In this document: one piece after another, positions 53,007 through 64,000 of the stretch
Layout: every line of letters starts with the position of its first letter
Numbering within the stretch: the stretch's first letter is position 1
DNA from: Lytechinus pictus
Taxonomy: Eukaryota
Length of the DNA: 64,000 nt
Assembly (NCBI RefSeq): GCF_037042905.1
Contig: NC_087246.1
Span: 26,474,001-26,538,000 of the forward strand
Reading direction: 5' to 3'
Program-made: the position numbers and the translations under genes
The notes under the pieces: model-generated
The model's input: the letters and a program-made list of their open reading frames with translations, nothing else
The model's database searches: none
What the model was told of the DNA's origin: nothing

Positions 53007-56000
53007 CATCCAAATCAGATATTTAGAGAAAAAAATCATGAAAATTGAGATATTTCTTTCAAGAATATGGTTCTACTGTGTCATGTTTATATCAGGGGCC
53101 AGGCTCTGCTATTTACCATTATGACATACTTGTAGGACCTAATTATAATATCGCGTCCCTAGAGACGCATATCCAGCGCCCGGATCCAGTGTTGTCTTAA
53201 TTACGACGTATATTGTTGCTGCACGGATCATTATGAAGCGTATCTCTTTCTACGCATCCTCAAATGCCTGGATGGGAGATCAGGTAAAACACAAAGGTAC
53301 ATTTCGCGTCGTCTCTGCATACAAAGTCAATACGCGCATAGAGACCGAGCAAAATACAAAGAATATACTGTACCTATCCCTTCCCGAAATTCAGAAAATC
53401 TAGGGCAATACGATTTTGTATAAATGACCAGTTCAGATGTCTGAAACGGGTAATAATTACTGTTATTGCATTATATCGTAATTGTTATTTCAAAGTTTCA
53501 TAAATTATTGTATTTGAAAAGTAATAAAACAGCCTAATAATAATGATAATGATAATAATAATACTGGTTATAATAACAATAATCTTATTAATGATGAAGA
53601 TAATAAAAGTGACAATAATAAATTCAATTTATTGGGCAATTGTGTCCACTATGAAGAATGCTCGAGGTATCAATTATACATGATACAGGACAAATTACAG
53701 CGAATTCACTCATTTTGAAGACCCAATCACATCTATCACACATCGGTTGTCTGTTTTGTCATCTATTCATCAAACAATTAGAGCACAGGCTGCACAGCAC
53801 TAAAGAAAGTATAAAACTACCCTCCTCAGGACTTAACAAAGAATAACCTACTTTACAATAAAGCCTTGAACTGAGAGATACATCTAAGATTTCTTGCCAT
53901 GATCCATTTTCTCTGATCTTTACTGGGTCAAATCATTGTTCTTAAGAAATCAGAACACAGGATCAATGAGATGACAGAAACGCCTTTGAGATGGTTTTCT
54001 CATGTTTTTTTCCTAATAATTTCAAGTTTTTGCAGAGTATATCAATCTTCCCTCTTTAATTTGCTATAATATACTGTTTGTACACTAAATACCTATTCAA
54101 ACATAACTATAGTATATTTTTTGGTTTAATCAATAACAGCTGGTGTTGGTATTTTCATTATTTCAGATGTTTTGGTTTTAAACTGAAAGTTAGCTGATAT
54201 AAACTAGTCATGAATAGATTTTTAATGCCATAAGCAATAATTTGATTTTTAAAATAATAATTAATAATTAATGAAATAATTTGACAATTTTGACATAAAT
54301 TTTGTTTTCAGCTTTAAATAATTTTGTTCACATTGATGTCCTTTTTTCATGGTTTACATGTTTTTCATATTTCCCATAGTTTTTCATCATTTTTCATGTT
54401 TACTTTTATGGTTTACATTGTTATATATTCAAGGGTTGTCAATATACTGTTCTGTGTTGGTTCCTTTTACATTTGAATTTTGATTTCATGTACAATACAG
54501 GCAAGATGGATACATATACTCACAAACAGTCTTCACATTGGTATGATTATATATTTCAGATATTTGAGCATCTGAGTCTATGTTATTGGTTCATGAACTA
54601 ATACACCCCAAATGACTAATACTAATTAATACTGGTACATGTATAAATCTCTTAATCATAGGAACATGTATGACATTGTCAAGACACCGAAGGGTGCCTA
54701 ACTAAATGGAAATAAATAGCATTTGTCATAAATGCTTGTATTTCTTCGATCTTCTTTTTATGTTCTTTGTTGTGGTATTAAGCACAAAGAAAGACATTTA
54801 TTTTCTCAGCAGTACATCTTCAGCTGGTAATAAAACTCTTGAGCACTGGCCAGCAAGAACCAGAGGCCCCCGGGCAATGAAATTTGTTCAGATAGCTTGG
54901 ACTATTCATCATCTTCATTATCTGGAGTAATCAAATATAGTTTCCCAAATTTTCTCTCATTTAGGACTTCATCCATTGGAGCAGAGCTTGCACAAACAAG
55001 GAGTAAGTCGGACGATCGCCCGCAGTTGAGAGCGAGTATCCACGGCCAGCTATCTTTCTTGTTCCTCGCACCAGCCCCAGTAATTAGTGCACTGAGGAGC
55101 CGATTCAGCAACCATGCTATTTCCTTGGGAGGGGACTATATCGACTTAAAGACGATGGAGAGAAGTAGAGAGGACGAGAGAAGGGAGGAAAGGACACTTG
55201 GTAGATGTAAAACAAGAAAAACGTCACACACAAACGAAGCAATTAAGTAAATGGCGCAGTATGTGATAATGAAGGCAATGCCAAAGCCAAGGGGAAAACT
55301 CATTAAATTGATTTCAGGGTTAATAAATTACTCTGAATATCCGATTTCATTCTACAGCCGTGCCTGGCTCCAAAACACTTGATTAATCTGATGTGGATGT
55401 GGCAAACGTCTCGGCTGTTTTGTATATGTATGTAATCAAAGAAAGAAAAAGATCTTAGTTACCGTGAAGAAGAATACGCTTGGCTTGTATATAGTGTATA
55501 TTCAATATTTCTTCCAGATCGTGGATTTTTTGAAATGTCAACAATGCACTATAAATGGAGTTTACCGAGTATTGAGTAACCTAAGATTGTGAGCTTGATA
55601 ACAGAGTACTTGGGTGCTTTCCACTTTACCTCCCTGCCAGCCATCGGTTTTAGCAAAAAAAAAGTTCAATTAAAAGTTCAACGCTGACTTTATCTAGTGG
55701 AGATGACCTAATTATCTCATTCTGCAGTGGGATCTGTGCGCTGTATCGTCATAGTGATATGAGACAATTGAGCAGCAGGCCAAGCAAAGTGTATTTGAAC
55801 ATGACAAGAAGACGAGAGGAATAGTGAAAGGTCCCTGGGCCCCATCGGCCAGGAAGCAAGGGAGATTTGAATAGACTGGGGCTATGCCGCTTAAGTAAAT
55901 AACAGTCGTCATAATGTAGCATTTGTGATTGCCCCCGCGCGCGAAAGGGGGGAGCGCGATTCATTCGGCTAAAAAACATTGTGTACCCACCACTCGGGCA

Positions 56001-59000
56001 GCCACGGCCAGGCAGCGAGCTGGCAAAATGAGGTCTGACGACTCATAGGCATGTCTGGGCAGAGGCAATTTGATAAGATGTCGTGATAATCACATCAGTA
56101 ACAGCATAGCCCCAGCAAAGACAAAAGTGCAGGGTGTGAGTGTTAAGCACCTGGGTTGAACTGAGAGTAAAGTACAGCGCCGCCGCTGCCCGCCCCGATA
56201 TCCAAATTCAATATTAATTAGTTACTGGGGGCTAGCATACGAGTGACAGTACCAAGTGGGGGAGAAATCTGTCATTCACACACCCCATGCAAACTATTTC
56301 ACAAACAAGACTGGAGGGCAAACCGTATTATTACCCTGTCTGGGTTCAAATACACCACTATTGCTATCTCTCCTGCTTTTGACAATGATGATATTAAAAG
56401 GCCTTGAAGGAAGAAGTGTGATCCGAAAGAGAAAAGTCAGAAAATGCCAAGAAAAGAGGAGGAAAAGGAGAGGAGAGGGAGCCATCCCGTCGCCTACTCT
56501 TGAATCAGACAATTGTCACGATCCGGGCTTACCCACGGACCAACTTCCCACAGCAAAGCTAATTAACCTCTTGCCACTGTACCAGTTAAAGAATCTCTCC
56601 TCAAAGGTATAAAATACAGATAGGCCATTCTTCAGCAGATCGCTGCTCATTTGCGGTGCTCAGGGCTGCTACAAGCAAAAACAATCGCAGAACTCAAAAT
56701 CACTCCATCTCTATCCAAACATTCATCACTACAAAACCAATATTAGTGCTTGAAAAAAAAAATTACAACTTGTAAGACCCTGGGTGATAACTGATAAGAA
56801 TAATGAAATACTTTTAAAAATATGAAGAGTGGTTATCATCAAGTACAACTTCAACAGGATAAGTTTGCCGAAGAGAAGATTTGCATGGTAGCTCCTCAAG
56901 CCTAATTTCATCAGCATCTTGCTTACAAATCGGCGTTCGTAATCATCTTTGGTATGTCTTTGCGAAACAGGCCCCATCTCTTAACAAGGCCCTCGTTGTT
57001 TGTAATGGAATGTGCTTGATCCGTTACAGCACCACGACGTCCAACACTCATTGCATACCTTTAACCTAAGGTGGACTTTTCATTAATGCCTCTTTAATAC
57101 CAAAGAACCCCAAGAAGCCCCCCTCGTTTCATTTCCGAACTTCATCGGTATTGATTTCATCCCAATCAAGACGCTCATTTTCCCATTTGTGGCTGAAAGA
57201 GAAGAAGAAGAAGCAAAAAAAGTGCAAAGTGTAACCTGACCGGGGCACATTTCTCACCCCCAAATCACTCCAAGAACAGATCACACCAAACCGATTACCA
57301 ATTTTTCTCATCAATTTTTTCATCTGCCCTCTTCTCATTGTGAGCAATGAAAGTCCAAAAGCAGCAGGTTGTTTTGCTTCAAATCAACCAATGAGACACA
57401 GGCACTGTGTAAGATCAAACTCTATCTCATCAATTCTTCATTTATACCTCATCTTCCATAGTTAATGCAATTTGGATGATTTTTTTTTCTCTAATCCAAC
57501 ATCGAATGGCCTTTTTTTTTCTTTCTACTAACTTTGCACAAACAAGGGGTGCGAGAGAATCACTAACTCGGTTACATTCGGATCTCAGGGGGGCGCCGCT
57601 ACCACCCACCGACGCCCGTGCAAGAAACAAGGTCCGTTAATTGTTTGGAGCAGCTATTTTGGGGAGTAATTGGCCCGGGCTAAGGAGAATATACAGATGT
57701 GTACTTCTCATCATAAATAATTCAATTTGATGTCAGGCATTCTCCAGATTTTATGAAGAGACCCAAAAGATAGCATCACCACCAGACCCTACCCTGGAAG
57801 ATGCCAGCTCTCAGTGGGTATGCCTGCTGGTTGCCTAGCAACAGAATAGTTTCAGAAGCAAGGGGTGAGCAGAAAACAGAAGTCATAATTATGAAAGAGA
57901 TTGTTGAAATGCTGGTATGATTATTGCCAGACCAGCAAACAACTTTCTCACGGGGAGCTGCTAGTATACACCAAGACCAACATTCTCTCTTGTCCCTCTC
58001 ACTTCTTCTCTCAATTTCTCTCAATATGGTCAACAATTAAGACAGTGATTGTAACTGTACAATTGCTTTTAGAATGTTTAAATTTTAATTTCTTTGGCAA
58101 ATTACTCATCATTAAACAAATGAAATCTATTTGGGTTACATCCTTACATCCTTCCCCTTTCACAGCCCAGGTTTCTAAAGACCATTTACGACAACTAAAA
58201 TGCATTGATACTTCCAAATAATCCACATGAAAAATAAGTAAAGACAGATTCATCAATCTATTTCAAATATCTGGACACTTCACTTATGAACAGTTTATCA
58301 AAATTCATTGATATCCCATCTCATATATTTAATACCGTAGATTTCCTGACAAGGCTTGTGTCACTTCTGCAGCAATAGGGAAAAACTCACATAAGTTAAA
58401 GAAATAACAAACTTACTGATCCTAGGTATATCAAGTGAGCTGGAAGAAGGCTTTACACAGCTAAGACCACTTAGAGCTATACTAAGTCGTTACGTGGGAG
58501 TGATGTCTTGCTAAAAACAAAAAACGACTCTTCCTCAAACAGAAGAGTCAGCTATAAGAAAGGAGTGAAGAGTCAAAGATAAGAGAAGGGGGATTAATCC
58601 AGTCTGGGGGCTCTCCATCCATTATGTATGAGGACCAAGCTTAAAAAGTAATTTGGACTCTTTTTCAGTAGAGACAATAGCATTGACATGTTAAGGAGCT
58701 AGGAATGGGGGAAAACAATAGACCAGGAGAGGGGTAAAGACTCGCCCCCCTGGCAGGGAAACAAAAGACCTCTTTAAAAGTGCAATTTTGGCTGGGACAA
58801 TTAGAAGAGGGCTGACCCAAGTATTGATTTGGAAGAGAGAATGTATTACATCACATTCAGAATGATCAATGGTCGATTTGCTTTTCGTTTGTTGACCTGA
58901 AGTAAGTTGTTAATTGGTTAGTTGATCACACAGCCGGCATGATCAATAATATAAGGATACCATAAAGCCAGGATCAAATATCAATTCTTTCTATTATTGA

Positions 59001-60898
59001 TTTCAAATTGAAACAAATTTATCTACTCAGGGTAACCCGACATTCCACATTCTTTCTTTCTTTTTTCAGCACCCCTGTAAGAATCTGCTTAAATCATTAA
59101 TATACTAGCTCTAAAACATGATACAAACGATTTTCTAAATAGTTGTCTTGGAATAAAATAAGTAATAAAAAACAGCTAAAACTTGAGATATATTCAGAAC
59201 CACTAAACCAGGCATTGTGTTTCAAATGAACTCAAAATGAAGTGTGCCCTCTCTCCCTCCGTCTCGAATAAAACATATTCGTTGTCAAAGTAAAACTATT
59301 TCATTCAGACACGACAATCATCGGGGGGGGGAGGGGTCCTGAGGAATTCGAAGAAGACTTTCAATACTAGCTTGAAATAATAACTGGTACTGCATGAATC
59401 TTGTTATGGATGGTCTCTTGTCTTGTACCTCATTTCTCACTTCCTATCTGAGGTTGTTTATACCCTACTCTAATCAATGCAAATTATCAACCACCTGCTT
59501 ATTTAATAACCAACTTGTGATTTTCTTCCCAAAGTCTCTCGTCAAAATGTAGGTCTCTCTTCGTCAATCATTACCACTGTTGCCAATTGGAGATGGTCTC
59601 ACTGATTCAATCTTAATTAACGGTCTCAAGCGCAATGGAAGTCATTACCGAGTCAAGAGCAAGATCCTCGTCTCTGCGCGGCTATTTCACTAATTTCTAG
59701 GTGACTTCTTTAGTTAATCACATTCTGTAGATTAAAAGTCTTTGATTCTCTTCAATTAATGCAAGGACTTGTGCGTCACAAGCGCAAGGGGGGAGCCGAT
59801 CCATAAATAGGCGGTACTTAACCCTCTCCCTACCACAAATCACCTTACAATGAAATGCACCATGAAAGATTACCATCGGCTGGAAGGAATGACTTAACTT
59901 TCAGCTTTGATGGGTTTGTTGTGGTTTGAAGAATTACCATAATGAGGAGGCATTTCGGCAATAAGAGATAGTACAATGTGAAAGTTGGTTTGTAGTTTTG
60001 TACAAACTCAACCAAAATACATTTCTTGTAAGTTTTGAAGAAATTACTAGCAATGTGATGCGTGTTTACACCACACGATCCCTCCTCTCTTGTGTCAATA
60101 AACTTATGCTAGCACAGTAAAAGCATGAACAAAAGTTTTAAAAGCATAAAAGAGCTAGATGGAAAGAAGGAAAAGATAATGGGCTTCTTGAAATCAAAAT
60201 TGGTTGTCTGAAATATCCTGAAGATTTTACCAGGTCTAATCATCTTATCACCAATAACTGGCATGCAGTACTTATTATGCTCACGCCTTATTTCTTTTTA
60301 TTCTCAAAAGAAATAATTACATCTAAATTACAGGATTTTCACATCATCAAATCCTACCTGACCATAGATGGAAAGGGTAATAGCATTCTGATGTTTTGCT
60401 GTAATTTCAATTATTTCAAATGTGCGTGCAATGCCAGTCTATCCCTCAATAACCACCGAGTCAGGATAATCATAAAACTTTGGCATACAATTTTCAAATT
60501 AGACACATTTTCAATATCAAAACAAAAAATATGAAACAAGTTAGAAGATAGATGGATAGATGATTACAAAAAAGAGGAACAAAGTCTCGTTGAATCTCAG
60601 GGAAAATTGGCAGGTGTTAGTTGGCTTAGCTTTAAAAAAGCCTGGTCAAGTGAATCAAACATTCTATCACATCTCACTCAGGTAGACCCTATATAAGCTT
60701 GGTTTTATGCTTTTTAAAAGCAATTTTATATAAATCACCATTTTAACTTGAACTGTAGATCCATTAGAGATGATGTAAGAATCAATATGATGAGTGAAGC
60801 TTACGCAGCGTCTGGACATAGCACAGAGTGTGAAAAGAAGCTTGTTTCTCAAGTATAAAAGGATGGCACGATGAGAACACTCGACAAAACTGTGTTCA

Positions 60899-61533
60899 TG
60901 TTCATTTCATTACATGTCTTTTATCCTTCTGTCTATCGTTCTCTGTGAGGTCATACTACGGGTTTTATTTAATTCTAACATACAATACAGATTAAACCTA
61001 CTCTGGCCATTATCATATTATAATTTCATCAACATAGAAATTACATTTCTAAATTGTTCGCATATTTCAAAGTATAAATAATATTCTAACATCTGCATGG
61101 AACCAGTGTTGTGTTCATTTCATTACATGTCTTTTCTCCTTCTGTCTATCTTTCTCTGTGAGGTCATACTACGGGTTTTATTTAATTCTAACATACAATA
61201 CAGATCAAACGTACTCTGGCCATTATCATATTATAATTTCATCAACATAGAAATTACATTTCTAAATTGTTCGCATATTTCAAAGTATAAATGATATTCT
61301 AACATCTGCATGGAACCAGTGTTGTGTTCATTTCATTACATGTCTTTTCTCCTTCTGTCTATCGTTCTCTGTGAGGTCATACTACGGGTTTTATTTAATT
61401 CTAACATACAATACGGATTAATCGTACTCAGGCCATAATATAATTTCATCAACATATAAATTACATTTCTAAATTGTTTGCATATTTCAAAGTATAAATG
61501 ATATTCTAACATTTGCATGGAACCAGTGTTGTG
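60899..61533 (+). repeat. Tandem triplication, 213-bp unit
   Basis: TGTTCATTTCATTACATGTC starts at 60899, 61112 and 61325 (period 213). The third unit is 6 bp shorter; units are nearly identical. Confidence 0.97.
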
Positions 61534-63110
61534 GAGTATCTACCATTTCAATTTATTCTAGCTCTGGCACTGACTGAGAGAACATTATAAAAGTATTATC
61601 ATTTGATAATGAAGATAGTACGCATAACTGAATGGTGTCACAGATCCACAGAGCTTTAGATGGGAACCAAAGCCAGGCCTTTACCATAGTTTCATAGTGT
61701 TATCATTCTCTCACATAAATGTTTAAAATATCTTAATTACATTGATCATAAAAAGTTTGTATAAAATGGTATATTCACCACTTTTACTATAGATATTATT
61801 TCCACAATTACAAAACTTCATTAAAAATGTGTGGTAAGATCTCGGAGAGATGTGATGATGCCAAGTGTGAACGTGTCAAGCATTTCATCAAGGCAAAGCA
61901 TGGGGGAGAGCGGGATTAATCACATTAACTGAAGCAGTGCTCTCATAATATCACACAAGAACCTCTATCTCGTATTACGCTCTCCTGAGGAATTAGCCCT
62001 GCGAATCCAGGCGCTCCAATATTGCATTATTATGAATAAATCAATGAATTACTTTCTGGAGCACAATTTCTCCATTTCTTTTTCTCCTCCATCTCTTCTC
62101 TTTCTCTAATGAAGGCTTTACTTTATTAGAAATACAAACACTCTACCCTTGATTCCCAACGTTCTCAAATCATTTCTGTGTATCCTGAAAAAAAAGATAG
62201 AGAGTGAACAAAATGATATAATTCTTATCCCCCAGCATGGTGAAAGGGGGAAGGGAGATGGGGTTGCTACGTTGGATTTCTTCCATATCGACACTGATGA
62301 TAAAACAATGGTTTCCCCATGTAATATGGATGATACATGATCCGGGAGGTGCGGGCATGCAGATCATTTTTCGCGCAGAGTGCATGAAGCCGGGGAAGCG
62401 CGGGGGCCCCTCTATTCGCTACTTGTGATGCTATAATCTCAAGAGGCAGAGTACGCCATCATTGCGCCTGGCGGCTTGATGGTTATGCAAATCCCCTTGC
62501 AAAGCTACTACTGTTGCTTCACTAATTTGTTTGAGGAAAGATGAAGGGCAAAATGAAAGGTCCTCACAAAAAATGCAAATGAGGAGAGGAGAAAGAGATT
62601 TGACACTGAGAGATAAATCTCTCTTTCTTTTTTACCATCTAAATCACACAGCATCATTAGATAGCACCCTTTCTTAGAAACAAGGCGAAGAGGAAACACA
62701 AGGGGGGAAAGGCAACATAAGAACAGTCAACAAACAAGATAAAAATACCGTTCTACCATCTATACAAAAGAGAAAGGAAGACATTTTGGTCGCAAAGCGG
62801 AGCATGCAACAGTTTATACAGGTAATCAATTAAAAAAAATCATAATACCATTAATCTAAAAGAAATCAAGATTAACTGCAAATGGTAACCATTCAGACTC
62901 TCAATTTAGATTCAAACTGAAATTATTTTAGTTTTTAAGAATAAAGTTTACAAATTAAAGAATTTAAATATAAATCCAGAGTTTGACTCGTATTTATCCT
63001 CTGCTTAACTGGATTTATCTTAATCATAATTCAATTTAAGATTTTTAAGCTTTGATGCTTGGTTCAAAATTGGGAAATAGTTTGCCAACACACATACTAA
63101 CTTCAATCAA

Positions 63111-63611
63111 AGGCTACATCCACCTCAATTACAAGTTGATTTTTTGAAGAGAAAAAAAAAGTTTTACATATTTTTTTACAAGTGCATTGTTACAGACAGG
63201 GTATGTATAAATGAGGAAACCAGTGACATCACTATTTTGTATTTTTTTTACATGAAATATGAAATGATAATACTTTTTCTTTATAATAAGTCATAATGTG
63301 AGATATGATTTGAGTCCTCTGTAAACATGTGTAATTGCTAACATTGCAACCAATTGTGATTTAATAAAGAGTTTCCTGAATGTAAAATCTACAAATCTGA
63401 TATACAAAAACTGAAGTAAAGTCTACAAGTATGATAGAATACAACATAGTGAGTGTTGACGACATCATTGACAGTTTAATTGTTTTAGTTCAAATGTTGA
63501 AATTTATTGTTCTAATTAATGTAGGCCTACATCAGGTTTTGTTGAAATTTGAATTTATGCTTGTTTGACATTTTTTTTCAAGTCAACTTATCATTTGGAT
63601 GGACTTGACAT
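63111..63611. mobile_element. Kolobok-type MITE, old copy
   Basis: Left AGGCTACATCCACCTC..AAGTTGA versus right TCAACTT..GGATGGACTTGACAT imperfect inverted ends. The interior and right end are shared with 23670-23964, the left end with 16346-16382. Confidence 0.65.
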
Positions 63612-64000
63612 TTGAAAAGTACTTCCATGAAAAAGTGAAAGGCCAACAGCAATTTGAATTTTTTTAAAAGACTAACAGTGAATGGCAAGAAAAAAGTAAA
63701 ATGCAGAAATAATGAGCAGTAATTGTAAATGTTAAGCAAAGCGATAATTACAGGCCATGTCCGATTCTATAATGCATTGATTTTTACAAATAGAGAAAAA
63801 TCTAGCATATCACAGGAATCAACACAAATCACTGATATTTTATCCTATCCCATATGCTGGAAAAGTTACCTTCTACCAAATAAACTGTAGAAAAAGGGTG
63901 TTTTCAAAGTTAGGGATACAATTTTTAATTAAAAAAAACTTTTTGACTGAAAATTTTGCCCAAGAATACTAGATTACAGATCGCATCTTTGCATAAATTA

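Larger units (their letters stand above)
1..64000. other. Non-coding metazoan genomic DNA (large intron or gene desert), probably echinoderm
   Basis: No long or recognisable ORF. AT-rich, with abundant microsatellites, MITEs, SINE and LINE remnants, and scattered CpG-richer unique islands. The taxon is inferred from repeat style only. Confidence 0.8.

Noticed and set aside
56840-56976. Harbinger-like single end (CTTTGCGAAACAGGCCCC)
   Set aside because: No matching left TIR or TSD found.
57584-58757. CTCF-like words (CAGGGGGGCGCC, CGCCCCCCTGGCAG)
   Set aside because: One extra G/C breaks the core spacing; weak matches only.
60899-61533. CRISPR-like periodicity
   Set aside because: Units are fully repeated with no unique spacers, and the context is eukaryotic.

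Overview
AT-rich (roughly two-thirds A+T by eye) eukaryotic non-coding DNA with no recognisable protein-coding gene, rRNA, intact tRNA or CRISPR array. None of the six-frame ORFs looks like a real protein. The repeat types and style suggest an invertebrate deuterostome, most likely a sea urchin; this is inference, not a database result. The window behaves like a very large intron or gene desert. It contains about 20 non-autonomous DNA transposons or fragments: PIF/Harbinger-type MITEs with TWA or CWG target duplications, Kolobok-type TTAA elements, a CMC/EnSpm-type MITE, a young P-like element with perfect 31-bp TIRs, and a Crypton-like double-hairpin element. It also holds tRNA-derived SINEs, LINE 3' ends and a 213-bp tandem triplication. 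Between the repeats lie several CpG-retaining, TAAT-rich unique islands that look like cis-regulatory modules. The most interesting signals are: (i) a P-like element inserted into a degenerate copy of its own TIR; (ii) a strong excess of the TAGGCCTA palindrome, with related TA-NNNN-TA words, that looks like transposon scars, including a stacked pair; (iii) two reverse-complementary 16-bp POU double-octamer sites; (iv) a candidate 21-nt minus-strand microexon; (v) a MITE nested in a SINE and immobilised by a microhomology deletion. I found no evidence for a novel protein-coding system.
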